From Terriglobia bacterium (GTDB taxonomy: Bacteria; Acidobacteriota; Terriglobia; UBA7540): DNA of 64,000 bases. A program made the position numbers and the translations under genes. The notes under the pieces are model-generated. The model was not told where the DNA came from and did not search any database. It saw nothing but the letters and a program-made list of their open reading frames with translations. Shown piece by piece: positions 30,525 to 40,478 of the stretch. Every line of letters begins with the position of its first letter. Position 1 is the stretch's first letter. The DNA lies in contig DASZAA010000346.1 of NCBI GenBank assembly GCA_035945615.1, positions 17,547 to 81,546 of the forward strand, written 5' to 3'.

Positions 30525-30793
30525 GCACGTTTTAGCACAGTTTTCGCACATTTGACGTATTTGGCAGGTTATGAAAAGTGGCATGATGTTGAAGCAGAAG
30601 GACTTGATTGGTGGACCTGGAGGGGTTCGAACCCTCGACCTCATGACTGCCAGCAATCCGCTCGTTTTCCATCCCTTTCACTCATCCTCATGCATTCCAT
30701 AGTCTTACACCAATTCGGGGCTCTGTTTTCGCTCAAAAAGAAGAACCTCTTTCGAGTCAATTTCATACCGTTTTGGCACAGTTTTCGCACAGT
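30499..30793. repeat. Integrase arm-type direct repeats GTTTTNGCACA flanking the tRNA core
   Basis: Copies at about 30499, 30529 and 30540 (left) and 30770 and 30781 (right); degenerate copy at 30725. Confidence 0.75.
30609..30653 (-). other. att core: 3' half of tRNA-Ala(GGC), not a complete tRNA
   Basis: Reverse complement CTGGCAG-TCATG-AGGTC-GAGGG-TTCGAAC-CCCTC-CAGGTCC-ACCA; identity stops at the anticodon loop, with no D-arm or 5' acceptor strand. Confidence 0.88.
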
Positions 30794-30869
30794 GCGTTCC
30801 CGACCACCCCAGCGCAGGTCAATCCGGCGGCCTTACCGGCCGCGTGCACTTCCCCCGCCTCTATTCGAT

Positions 30870-31105
30870 CGATCCTGCCCGCTATTGGAATCAGCAAACG
30901 GCGATTGAGGCAAATGAAGGCCGTCCTACTTGTCCGTGAACAGCGTCAGCAGCGTAAACAGGAGCTCGCCTTCAACGCTCGCCCATTTGTTCTGTGCGGT
31001 CTCCCGCTCCGCCGCGCCGAGCAGAGCCAGCTCGCCTACACCCGCCGAAATGGGCGCTTCTCACTGACAATCGTGGCACATCCCGAATTCGGCTTACCGA
31101 CGGTC
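30870..31105 (+). pseudogene. Plasmid-type replication initiator RepA, N-terminal fragment
   Basis: QELAFNARPFVLCGLPLRR...RRNGRF.L...HPEFGLP; homology ends at the inserted element. Confidence 0.7.
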
Positions 31106-31106
31106 A

Positions 31107-31433
31107 GTGCAGACTGCACTTATGCACTGCTCGCCTTTTGGATGGGCAGAAATCTCCTACCCCTTCCACCCGCTGCGGGGTCAGCGATTTGAAGTTCTCA
31201 AGAAACGGCGCATAGCCGGCGTCGACACGCTCATTCTCCGCGAGCTAGAGCGCGGTACCCTCAGTGTTCCGCGCGAATGGACCGACTGGGCTGATCCGTC
31301 CCCCTATGACTCGCCAACCGTGCCGCCGCACCGCCTTGCTGCCGACTGCCTTTTCGAACTCGTCACGTTATTGGAGGCGCTGCCCGCGTCCAGCGCCTCC
31401 TCCCCCAAAAAAGACCCACTAAAAAAGGGTTGA
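31107..31433 (+). CDS. DUF5372 (Y4bD/Y4pK-like) protein
   Basis: ISYPFHPLRGQRF...SVPREWTD. Confidence 0.7.
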   Translation: MQTALMHCSPFGWAEISYPFHPLRGQRFEVLKKRRIAGVDTLILRELERGTLSVPREWTDWADPSPYDSPTVPPHRLAADCLFELVTLLEALPASSASSPKKDPLKKG

Positions 31434-31482
31434 CAAAGGAGATGCCCGATGCTATTTTCAGACCAGTTGTTAACGTGGTCAG

Positions 31483-31821
31483 ATGAAAATATCAAAGCAG
31501 ACCACGGCCGCCTTGCGCAAACGCCGCCGAGCGCTCCTGCGCAAACTGCCCCCGCTCAAAGCTGTCCTCCGGGGTTCCCTCATCGAACGCTACAAACGCT
31601 GTGGCAAGCCCGGATGCAAATGCGCCGACGGCCCCGGTCATGGCCCCAAGTACTATCTCTCGGTGAGCTATCCCGGCCTGCGCCCACAAATGGACTACGT
31701 CCCGCAAGAGTCTTACGCGCAGGCGAGCGAGTTCCTGGCCAATTACCACCATGCCCGCCAGATTCTGGAGGAGATCTGCGAGATCAACCGCGAGCTCCTG
31801 CGCCGCCGCGAGAAGCTTTAA
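31483..31821 (+). CDS. DUF6788-like zinc-binding protein
   Basis: RGSL..YKRCGKPGCKC..GPGHGPKYYLS. Confidence 0.75.
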   Translation: MKISKQTTAALRKRRRALLRKLPPLKAVLRGSLIERYKRCGKPGCKCADGPGHGPKYYLSVSYPGLRPQMDYVPQESYAQASEFLANYHHARQILEEICEINRELLRRREKL

Positions 31822-31957
31822 AAGACCGCCATGAGCGAAGCGCTGCCAGCCCTCCGCGTGCCGATCGATCAGGGACGGGGCGGCGTGCTCCTCGCCAATA
31901 TGCTCGCCAGCTGGCTCGACCACGACCCCAGCCTGAACGCCACCGCGGAGACCAGGG

Positions 31958-34018
31958 ATGAATCCGAAGATTCAAGAACACCACCGCAGCAAGCCGGCCT
32001 ACATTTACCTGCGCCAGTCGACGCCGGGCCAAGTTCTCCACCATCGGGAGAGCACGGAGCGCCAGTATGCCTTGCGCGAGAAGGCGCGGGAACTGGGCTG
32101 GAGAGAATCTCTGATTCGCACCCTCGACCAGGATTTGGGACAGACGGGAACGGAGATGACGCGGCGGGAGGACTTCAAAACCTTAGTGGCCGATGTCTCG
32201 ATGGGTCAGGTGGGCGCAGTGTTGGCCCTGGAAGTCTCGCGCCTGGCACGTTCGAATCTCGATTGGCAGCGGCTGCTGGAGCTCTGCGCGCTCACGTCCA
32301 CTCTCGTCATCGACGAGGATGGTTGCTACGACCCGGCGGACTTCAACGACGGGCTGCTTTTAGGATTGAAGGGGGTGATGGCCTCTGCCGAAATACATTT
32401 CTTGCGCGCCCGCCTCTAGGGCGGCAAGCTTCACAAAGCGCAGAAAGGCGAGTTACGTTTCCCCCTTCCGGTCGGCTTTTGCTACGACGCGGAAAGCCGT
32501 ATCATTCAGGATCCGGACGAAGAAGTGCGGGGCGCGGTGAGCCTGGTGTTTCGGCTGTTCCGCGAAACGGGCAGCGCCTTCGCGGTGATGCAACGCTTCG
32601 CCGGCAGCACGCTGCGTTTTCCCAAGCGAGCGTATGGGGGAGCATGGAATGGGAAGCTGATCTGGGGCCGCCTGACGCACGGCCGGGTGCTGGGCTTGCT
32701 GAAGAACCCGTCCTATGCCGGACAGTGTGTCTTCGGCCGTTTTCAGTATCGGCGGGAGATCAGCCCCGAGGGCAAGGTTCACCCACGGAAGCACGCGGTG
32801 GCGATGCCCGACTGGCGCGTCAGCCTGCAAGACCACCACCCGGGGTATATCCGTTGGGAAGAGTTCCTTCACAATCAGGAGCGCTTGGAGAAGAATCGTA
32901 CCAACGGTGAGGAGATGGTCCTAGCGGGCCCGGCGCGCGGAGGCTTGGCTTTGCTCCAGGGGTTGCTGCTGTGTGGGCATTGTGGCCGGCGGCTGACGGT
33001 ACGCTACACGGGCAACGGCGGCATTTATCCCCGCTATCAATGCAACTGGTTACGCCGGGAAAGTCTGGGGACGAGCAAGGAATGCCTGAACATCCGCTGC
33101 GATCTGCTCGATGCCGCCGTCTCGGAGGAGGTGCTGAAGGCCTTGCAACCCGCCGAACTCGAACTCGCCTTGGCTGCTCTGGCAGAGTTGGAGTCGCGCG
33201 ATCAGGCCCTGCTGCGTCAGTGGCAGATGCGGATCGAACGCGCCGAGTATGAAGCTGCACTCGCCGAGCGGCGCTATCTCGAAGTCGACCCTTCGCAGCG
33301 GTTGGTGGCGAGCACGCTGGAGCGGCGCTGGAACGATGCCCTGCTGCAGTTAGAAGACCTGAAAAAGCAAGCCGCGGAGTTGCAGCGTCAGGAAGCCCGC
33401 GTGGCTACACCCGAGCAGAAGGCGAAGGTTCTAGCCCTGGCCCAAGATTTACCGCGTTTGTGGCATGCACCCACGACGCAGGCCAAGAACCGCAAACGGA
33501 TGTTGCGGCTGCTCCTCAAGGATATTACGGTCGAGAAACCCTCCCCGCCCAAGCGACTCTCGGTTCACATCCGTTGGCAGGGCGGGGCCTCGACCAACCT
33601 CACGGTGCAACTCCCACTCAACATGGCCGATCGCGTGCGATATCCTGCCGCACTGGTCGACAAAGTCCGGGAACTGGCACACGGCTTACCCGACGCGGAG
33701 ATCGCGAACCGGCTCAATCGAGAAGGGCACGCCAGCGCCAAAGGTAAACCGTATACCATACAGATTGTGCGGTGGATCTGTGGGCGGCATCAGATTCCTC
33801 CTGCGACGCTCCGGAGGCCGGAGGAGCTGACCGTGCAACAGGTGGCCCAGCGCTTTGGAGTCAACACTTACGTAGTTTACTATTGGATCGAGCGTCGCCT
33901 GATTCAAGCTCGGCAGCTGAACCAACGAATGCCCTACTGGATTACCCTGACTGGGTCAGACGAACAGAAACTCCAAGATCGGGTGCGCAACTCAAGTAGA
34001 CTGCAAAAGGCCATCTGA
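31958..34018 (+). pseudogene. Large serine recombinase with in-frame TAG at 32417-32419
   Basis: YLRQST, SRLARS; RARL*GGK; LKNPSYAG; zinc ribbon CGHCG; C-terminal HTH. Confidence 0.88.
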
Positions 34019-34237
34019 CCCGTGTTCCGCTCTTCGGCCCCAACGGCCTCACAAACCAGCTGGGTACCAAGCCGTATTCCGTCGAGAGGCTCTTCCGCCA
34101 CAAGATCACTCAGTGGCTTCGCCCACGTCAAGCAACTTTGGCCACAATGTCCTGCTTCGATTTCCGATGACGGGCTGTTCCTGGTCGTCTCGTCGTCCCG
34201 AGACTCAGCGCCAATAAAGCCGGTAAAAAGCCTTTGA
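34000..34237 (+). pseudogene. RepA C-terminal fragment (frameshifted)
   Basis: TAKG..RVPLFGPNGLTNQLG...RLFRHKITQWL, then in another frame VKQLWPQCPASISDDG. Confidence 0.6.
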
Positions 34238-34788
34238 ACTCATTGGATTGTCCACATTATTCCGAGTCCCGGATTGCTTCCAACAAACGATGATCGGGGC
34301 TTGAAAGCTGGCTGTCACTAACTCGGTCGCGGAATACTCACAGCCCGGCGAGAACCCACTTTCTTCATATCCGCAGTGTGTCGGGTAGTTTGAAGGTTTC
34401 GTCAGGGAAATTGACAGCGCTGTTCACAGGCTCTCGCCCACCTACTTGTCTGCGCGGCCAGGCCTTTCGTGCCTCGCCCTGTAGGGAATGATTCAAGGTG
34501 GAACGGAAGAAGGCGACGCGGGATCGTTCACTCTAAAACGTACCTTGCCTCGGGGGCAAGCCCTTGAACCGGTGCTTGTCGATGGCGAGGTTCGCGATCT
34601 TCCACTACGGGGTCAAGCGAGCTTTGCGGCAGCGCTACCCGGACCGGAAACTCGGCCGCAAAACTCTGCCAATGCAGCCTTGACTGCTTTTTTTCAGGCT
34701 TGGCAAACTCTTTCCTGTCGTCCGCGAGGAACCCGGCACCAGAAGCTGGCTGCTGAAACCGGTGGCTTGACCTTTGATTTAGCTACGA

Positions 34789-36447
34789 TCATTGTCGTCG
34801 ATGTGCAACATGGTCGCGCCACTGAAGCATCAGGACCAACAGAATTCCTGCCACGGCCAGTAAAGCAAGACACCAGAACACATCGATAAAGGCAAGCAGA
34901 GTCGTTTGTTGAACAACGTTTCCACGGAATAACTGGTATGCGCCTCCCGCGGCCACGTTTGACGGCAGGTTCCGGCTGTGCAACAGCAGAGTCAGGCGAG
35001 CGACCAGCTTATCTACCGAGGGACTCAATCGATTGGCAGTATCGAGCAGCCGGCTGGAATGGAGTGTTTCGCGAATATCAATGAGCGCCACCGTGGCGGC
35101 GACTCCGATGGCAGCACCAAGTTGTCGGAAGAAGAAGTAGATCGTCATGCCGAAGTCTATGAAACGGAAGCTGGTGTGGCCTAAGAGCAGGTTGGTGATG
35201 CCGGGCAGCAGGATGCCAAGCGAAAGCCCATGTAACATCAGGATCAAGCAGAGTACGAACGTGGGCGTGTCCGGAGTGAGCTCATAGACGAACAGCAGGT
35301 TCGCGCAGGCGGCTATTGCCAGGCCTACTAGCACGATCAACCGCAGATTGAGTTTCGAAAGTGCAAATGCGGCAGACACGATTCCAATAAAGCTGGCCAA
35401 AGCGTCCACGCAAAAGAACAACGACGTTTGAGTCGCGCTGTAGCTCTGGATACCTCGCAGGTATTGTGGAAGCACGTACAGCCCCGCCGTCAACATGGCG
35501 CCAAAAATCACCGCCAGCCCGACGCCAGAAGCCAGCATCTGCTCGGCAAGCAACAGGCGGAGATTCAATAGGGGATTCGGATTGTCTAGCCGGGTATCCC
35601 ACCAAACGAACACACCCAGACAGACAACGCAGACCACAAACATCCAACGAATCAGACTCGACTGCAGCCAGATGTCCTGCTCGCCCCGGCTGATTGCAAT
35701 CTGGAGAGCTATGAGGCCCACGATCGCTAAGGTCGTAGCCAGGAAATCCGTGGGCGGCGTTTCGGGCGCAAGCTCGAGATGGGCGGGTATGAAGAGGTAC
35801 AGGATGCCCGCGGCCAGCAGCGCCGGTGGCACCAGAATGAGAAACGCTAAGTTCCATCGTCCCGAATCGGTGAGGACAGCGAAAACCACGGGAACAAGCG
35901 CCCTGGAAGAGGCGACAAAGGCCGCAAAAGTGAGAAGAGTCGGAAGCCGGCGCCGCCCTTCATGGAGCCGGAAGAGCGTGACTAGCGAACGGACCAGAAA
36001 CGCCCCTGCCCCCGCACCCATCATGGCTCGCGCGGCCAGCAATTCTCCCAGCGTTCCGCTGAGGAAACAGCCGAGAGCCCCTGCGGCGTAAAGCAATAGC
36101 GAAGCAACCAGGTAATTCCGGTGGCCGAATCGACTCGACAACCACCCCGAAAGCGGCAGCACGGCAAGAAAAGCCGCGAGGTAGACGATGACCACCCAGC
36201 TAATCTGGTCCTGGCTGGCGGCGACGTTCCCCTTCATGTCCACCAGGATGATGTTGACGGCAACTCGAGCGCCGAGCTCTACGAAACTCGCGATGCTTAC
36301 ACCGACCACGATCATCCATTTGTCAAGCTCGGTGAGCCGTGCCAGCCCGTTGGCCAGAGCGAATTCAAACCGCCGGGCTCGTTCCGAGAGCGCCGGATTC
36401 AGAAAATCGACGGAGGCACTAGCGGACATGGATCGTGACTTCGACAT
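34789..36447 (-). CDS. DHA2/EmrB-family MFS efflux permease
   Basis: About 14 TMs; SWVVIVY, GWLSSRFG, FFRQLG, AFIDVF. Confidence 0.88.
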   Translation of the reverse strand: MSKSRSMSASASVDFLNPALSERARRFEFALANGLARLTELDKWMIVVGVSIASFVELGARVAVNIILVDMKGNVAASQDQISWVVIVYLAAFLAVLPLSGWLSSRFGHRNYLVASLLLYAAGALGCFLSGTLGELLAARAMMGAGAGAFLVRSLVTLFRLHEGRRRLPTLLTFAAFVASSRALVPVVFAVLTDSGRWNLAFLILVPPALLAAGILYLFIPAHLELAPETPPTDFLATTLAIVGLIALQIAISRGEQDIWLQSSLIRWMFVVCVVCLGVFVWWDTRLDNPNPLLNLRLLLAEQMLASGVGLAVIFGAMLTAGLYVLPQYLRGIQSYSATQTSLFFCVDALASFIGIVSAAFALSKLNLRLIVLVGLAIAACANLLFVYELTPDTPTFVLCLILMLHGLSLGILLPGITNLLLGHTSFRFIDFGMTIYFFFRQLGAAIGVAATVALIDIRETLHSSRLLDTANRLSPSVDKLVARLTLLLHSRNLPSNVAAGGAYQLFRGNVVQQTTLLAFIDVFWCLALLAVAGILLVLMLQWRDHVAHRRQ

Positions 36448-37726
36448 TCATACCAGGGCGCAGGATGGCGCCGCTTTTAGGGTTTTGCCGTACGAGAATT
36501 TTCACCGGGACGCGTTGTACGACCTTGACGAAATTCCCGGTAGCGTTCTGCGGAGGAAGCAGAGCCTGTTCCGATCCGGTCGACCCGGCGATCGAATCGA
36601 CTACACCTTGAAATTTTCTGCCACCGTACGTGTCGGCCCGGATCACGGCACGGTCGCCCGGCCGGATGCCGGCAAGCTGCGTCTCTTTGAAATTTGCTGT
36701 AACGTAAACCCTATCCAGCGGCACGATGGTCAGCAACAATTGGCCGGGCGCGACGTAGTCTCCCGGCTGAACCGTGCGCTGAGTTACTTCGCCGGAGATG
36801 GGGGCCACGACCTCGGTGTAACTGAGCCGCAACTTGGCTTCTTCGAGCCCGGCCTTAGCCCGTTCCACCGCCGCGAGACTCGATTGATATTGCGCCTGCT
36901 CAAGCGGAACCTGCTCGAGTTGCGCCTGGCTCAGTCTCACTTGCGCCTCCGACCCGGTCAATTGAGCGGCGGCAGTCGCCTCTTGTGCCCTGGCAATAGC
37001 GACCGCTTCGGCGGCCTCGGCCAATTGCTGCTGGGCAAGATCGAGTTCGCTTTGCGCCACGCGTGCCGCGGCCTGTACGGCGTCAAATTCTAGCGCGGAG
37101 ACATCGTCGGTCTTCACAAGGGGGCGATACCGGACCAAGTCAGCCTGTGCGCGCGCGTTGGCGGCGTGTTTGGCGGCAACGTTCGCCCGGCCGGCGGCGA
37201 GTGCCGCTGTTGCGGCCTCTTCGACAGACTCTTTGGACTTCAGCAGGGTGGCTTCCGAAGCCGATTTGGCCGCCAGCGAGCCTTCGACGCTTGTTGACGT
37301 CACGTTGCGCGTCAGCCGGACATGCACTTTCGCTGAACGCGCGGTTGCCAAGGCAGCATCATAGGCAGCCTGGGCTTGATCCAAGGCGGCCTGGTAGTCG
37401 CGCGGGTCGATTCGGAGTAGTAGGTCTCCTGTCTTGACGTACTGGTTGTCGTTCACGGCGACCTCGTTGACGTACCCGGGGACCCGCGTTGAAACCGTGG
37501 TGATATGTGCGTCCACTTGTGCGTCGTCAGTGCTCACTTTGTGCCAAACCGAGACGAATATCGCCGCGACAACCACGACCGAGACGATTCCGAGAACTAG
37601 CGCGAAAACGCTAAGTTTCTTCAGAGAACGCCGACCGTTGGGAGCGGGCGAAGGGGATGCTGCAACAGCCTGTCCCGGTTCCGGACTGCCGGCCGCCTTG
37701 TTTTCAGTGACGACGTCATCGCCCAT
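36419..37726 (-). CDS. EmrA/HlyD membrane fusion protein
   Basis: STDDAQV, ANFKETQ, PPQNATGNFVKVVQRVPV. Confidence 0.92.
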   Translation of the reverse strand: MGDDVVTENKAAGSPEPGQAVAASPSPAPNGRRSLKKLSVFALVLGIVSVVVVAAIFVSVWHKVSTDDAQVDAHITTVSTRVPGYVNEVAVNDNQYVKTGDLLLRIDPRDYQAALDQAQAAYDAALATARSAKVHVRLTRNVTSTSVEGSLAAKSASEATLLKSKESVEEAATAALAAGRANVAAKHAANARAQADLVRYRPLVKTDDVSALEFDAVQAAARVAQSELDLAQQQLAEAAEAVAIARAQEATAAAQLTGSEAQVRLSQAQLEQVPLEQAQYQSSLAAVERAKAGLEEAKLRLSYTEVVAPISGEVTQRTVQPGDYVAPGQLLLTIVPLDRVYVTANFKETQLAGIRPGDRAVIRADTYGGRKFQGVVDSIAGSTGSEQALLPPQNATGNFVKVVQRVPVKILVRQNPKSGAILRPGMNVEVTIHVR

Positions 37727-39164
37727 ATACATCCTCCGCGTTCCCTTCAGCGCGGGCCCAGTCAGCCCTCGCCAAATTAAATTGAAAGAGAGCACCAATC
37801 TGGTTATCGTCGGCGCGTGCCAGTTGGTCCTGTGCCGTAATGACATCGATGTTAGTGCTCACCCCGGCTTCGAATCTCCTCTCCGCCCGCGCGACTTCGT
37901 CCTTGGCCAACTTCAGGCCGAGGTTAGCCACATCAACGGCATTCCGCGCGGCCTGGAGTTGATCTAGCGCGGTCTTCACCTGTTGTGTAATGGTGTTTTC
38001 CAGGCCTTGACGCTCCTGGGCCAGGCGTTCTTCTTCCAGGCGAGCCTGTGCCATCTCAGCGCGAATTCTCCCGCTGGTCCATAGAGGGACATTCAAAGTG
38101 AAGGCGTAGGTGTACCCGGGCTCTCCAACGGGGAGGCGGCGGGCCTGATATTCGTAGAACCCGGAAAATTCAAGAGTTGGCAAGCGCTGCTCAGCCGCTG
38201 CCTTGTGGCTGAGCTCCAGTTGACGCTGGCTAGACAATAGAGCTTTCATTTCGGGACGATTCGCTAGCGCCTGGGAAATGAGCTGTTGCCGGTCAAATTT
38301 GGGAAGCTCGAAGTATCGCATGATATCGGTTGGCTGCGGCTCTTCGTGGCGAGGCAAGTCAAGCAACTCTGCTAGGACATAGACAGCGGTGCTCCTCTGG
38401 GTGCGTGCATCAATCAACAGCTGCTTCTCATTCTGCAATTCAACCTGCGCTCGTAGCGCGTCGATCGCTGTTCCGACCCCGGTTTTTTCGAGCCGCTGGG
38501 CTTGGTCGAATAGTCTTTGCGCCAAGGCGACTCGGGCTGCTACAGCAGTTTCGTTGGCCATGGCTTCAAGCACAGAAAGATACTGCGTCACGACGGCTGT
38601 CGTGACCTGCTCGCGGGCGGCGGATTCATCAGATCTGGCGGTCGTGACTTTCTGGCGGCCAATCTGGTAACGGCGAATCAGGCCAAGGTTGAGTAATTGC
38701 TGTGAAAAGAGCGCCCCGCCTGTTTCTGACTGAAACGGTCCGATGCGAAGGGGGCGCGGGCCAATTCCAATGGCCGGAAGGTCGATGATGCTCTGCACGT
38801 TGAAGCGAATGATTGCTTCCCTAGCCGTAAGGTCGGCTTGGGGCAGCAATCCGGACAGGACTTCCGCTCTCGCCCGATCGCTTTGGCTGACCACAATCTT
38901 TGCGATCAACACCTGAGGGTTCTGACGCAATGCGAGCTGAACCGCCTGCTTCAGCGTCACCGGAACGCCGGTGACCGATTGTGTTGGGTCCTGATCAGAG
39001 CCGAGGACTTCATTTGTCAAAGATCGAGAACTAGTGGAATACGGGATCGTGAGAGGAGCCGTCTGCTGTCCCTGAGCACCCGCGAAGAACGGGAGAAGCG
39101 TCAGGCACGCTACCCACAAAAATCGGGAGCAGTAGGGAACCGTCCTTACCAGTGGTCTGAGCAT
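37716..39164 (-). CDS. TolC-family outer membrane efflux protein
   Basis: Signal peptide; TLKQAVQLALRQNP; ANRPE; FEAGVSTNIDV. Confidence 0.9.
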   Translation of the reverse strand: MLRPLVRTVPYCSRFLWVACLTLLPFFAGAQGQQTAPLTIPYSTSSRSLTNEVLGSDQDPTQSVTGVPVTLKQAVQLALRQNPQVLIAKIVVSQSDRARAEVLSGLLPQADLTAREAIIRFNVQSIIDLPAIGIGPRPLRIGPFQSETGGALFSQQLLNLGLIRRYQIGRQKVTTARSDESAAREQVTTAVVTQYLSVLEAMANETAVAARVALAQRLFDQAQRLEKTGVGTAIDALRAQVELQNEKQLLIDARTQRSTAVYVLAELLDLPRHEEPQPTDIMRYFELPKFDRQQLISQALANRPEMKALLSSQRQLELSHKAAAEQRLPTLEFSGFYEYQARRLPVGEPGYTYAFTLNVPLWTSGRIRAEMAQARLEEERLAQERQGLENTITQQVKTALDQLQAARNAVDVANLGLKLAKDEVARAERRFEAGVSTNIDVITAQDQLARADDNQIGALFQFNLARADWARAEGNAEDVYGR

Positions 39165-39231
39165 CTGCAGATTCACCTCAAAGGCATTCATCCAGAATAT
39201 GAATTGCCACATCGCGGGCCAGTAGCTGCAG

Positions 39232-40101
39232 TCAAACGCTCAGCACCGGAAATGGAGAGTCCCGCACTATCGCATAGGTCAAATCCCGCAACCCGCCATT
39301 CACAGTCGACTGCGGACGTCCGCCGATTATCAGCGCATCGGCGTCAAATCCTCGAGCAGCGTCAAGGAGGGCTTCCTTGATGGGGCCGACAATGATTCGA
39401 ACCGACGCATTGGACCCAACTCTGCTTTGAAGGTTGGCGATGCGCTCGGCTGCGCGCTTCCTTTCCTGAGACTGAACTTCTTCCTCCAGGTCCAGTTGAA
39501 TGGTCAGATCGCGACCGGCAGCCTGGATGGCGTGAATGATGTGGAGATTGCAGCGCGCTTTCAACGCCGCTTGATGGGCAAAGCGGAGCACTCGTTCTGA
39601 GTCCTTGTCCATCCCAAGAGCGCATAACATTTCTCGATGCGCTAAGGGTCGCGGAGCAATCGTAGGAGCGTGGTGGCTCGTCAAAACTGGACAGTCGGCA
39701 TCATTGAGGACCTTGGCCGTTGTAGAACCAAAGAGCATCTGCCTGAAAGTACCAGCATGCGTGGGCATAATGATGAGATCGAAGCCTCCTCTTGCGATCT
39801 CAGCAATCTTGGCCGCCGCATCTCCGGCGAGAAGGATTCTTGGGTGCTCGCTCGGTGGAAACTCAGCCCGGAGGAAAGAATCGAGCTTATTGCGAGCGAT
39901 CTCCTCATGGTCTTCGGCGATTTCCGGCAAGCTTTTCCTTATGTAGAGTTCAAAACCGTTGTAGCTTGCGGGGTCAAAGACATGAATCAGCGATACCTTT
40001 GCGCCAAACAGCGTTGCGGCCCTTTTCACGTACGGAGCCATAGCGACGCAGGAGGCCGAAAAGTCAACCGGGAAGAGGACATTCGTGATAAACGTCGTCA
40101 T
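39232..40101 (-). CDS. Universal stress protein (tandem USP domains)
   Basis: VLFPVDFS, LFGSTTAKVL..ADCPVL, PFPVLSV. Confidence 0.9.
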   Translation of the reverse strand: MTTFITNVLFPVDFSASCVAMAPYVKRAATLFGAKVSLIHVFDPASYNGFELYIRKSLPEIAEDHEEIARNKLDSFLRAEFPPSEHPRILLAGDAAAKIAEIARGGFDLIIMPTHAGTFRQMLFGSTTAKVLNDADCPVLTSHHAPTIAPRPLAHREMLCALGMDKDSERVLRFAHQAALKARCNLHIIHAIQAAGRDLTIQLDLEEEVQSQERKRAAERIANLQSRVGSNASVRIIVGPIKEALLDAARGFDADALIIGGRPQSTVNGGLRDLTYAIVRDSPFPVLSV

Positions 40102-40201
40102 ATGTCTCTCCGTTCGCTAAGAGAAAGGGGGCCCAGCAACCATTGGAGATGCCAACAAGAAGTTTTTGAAATTGTCCGGGCACTTCCTTCCCCGTTGCTC
40201 T

Positions 40202-40478
40202 CGCGGATTCCGATGAAGGCGGGCAGTGTTTCCGAAGTGATCCCGGGCACTCGTTCCGATCTCATCCCGGGCATCCTCGGAGCGAAGCGACGTTGGCCTG
40301 CTTATCGTGATCGAACTGACCGGCATCAGTCAACCGGAATTTAATTGAGCCTGCATTTTTGTTTTTGTTGCCTTGATATGGACCCTCAGCCGGCGCGGTG
40401 GAAATGTGGGAATCCGGCGCTTTTGGCCGGATTTCCAAGCCCGATGGGAAGGGGTGGGAAATTCGCGGTTTGAGTTTT
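40202..40478 (+). mobile_element. Orphan IS21-family-like terminal region
   Basis: Three ~23-bp spaced repeats TTCCGA...CGGGCA (about 40208, 40230, 40254), then CGGAGCGAAGCGACG; no transposase; abuts the truncated glgP. Confidence 0.55.

Larger units (their letters stand above)
1..30653 (+). mobile_element. Integrative conjugative element (T4SS, MOBF, tyrosine integrase); left end outside window
   Basis: Co-oriented conjugation, mobilisation and integration modules ending at a tRNA-derived att core. Confidence 0.9.
31103..34005 (+). mobile_element. DUF5372-DUF6788-serine recombinase element inserted in repA
   Basis: Three-gene cassette flanked on both sides by repA-like sequence; boundaries approximate. 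Confidence 0.65.

Noticed and set aside
29790-30656. Long antisense ORFs over the integrase (and similar ones over virB4, virB10, egtB and the TonB receptor)
   Set aside because: Expected shadows in GC-rich coding DNA; no recognisable motifs.
30609-30685. Complete tRNA-Ala gene
   Set aside because: The 5' half is absent; the sequence upstream of the anticodon loop cannot pair with TCATG.
31831-32910. 359-aa ORF overlapping the recombinase
   Set aside because: Alternative-frame shadow with low-complexity composition; only the first ~45 codons might be real.
34400-34700. Possible transposase C-terminal remnant
   Set aside because: Broken frames with no motif I can assign confidently.
40202-40280. 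Mini CRISPR array
   Set aside because: The ~23-bp period leaves no room for spacers; it fits IS subterminal repeats better.
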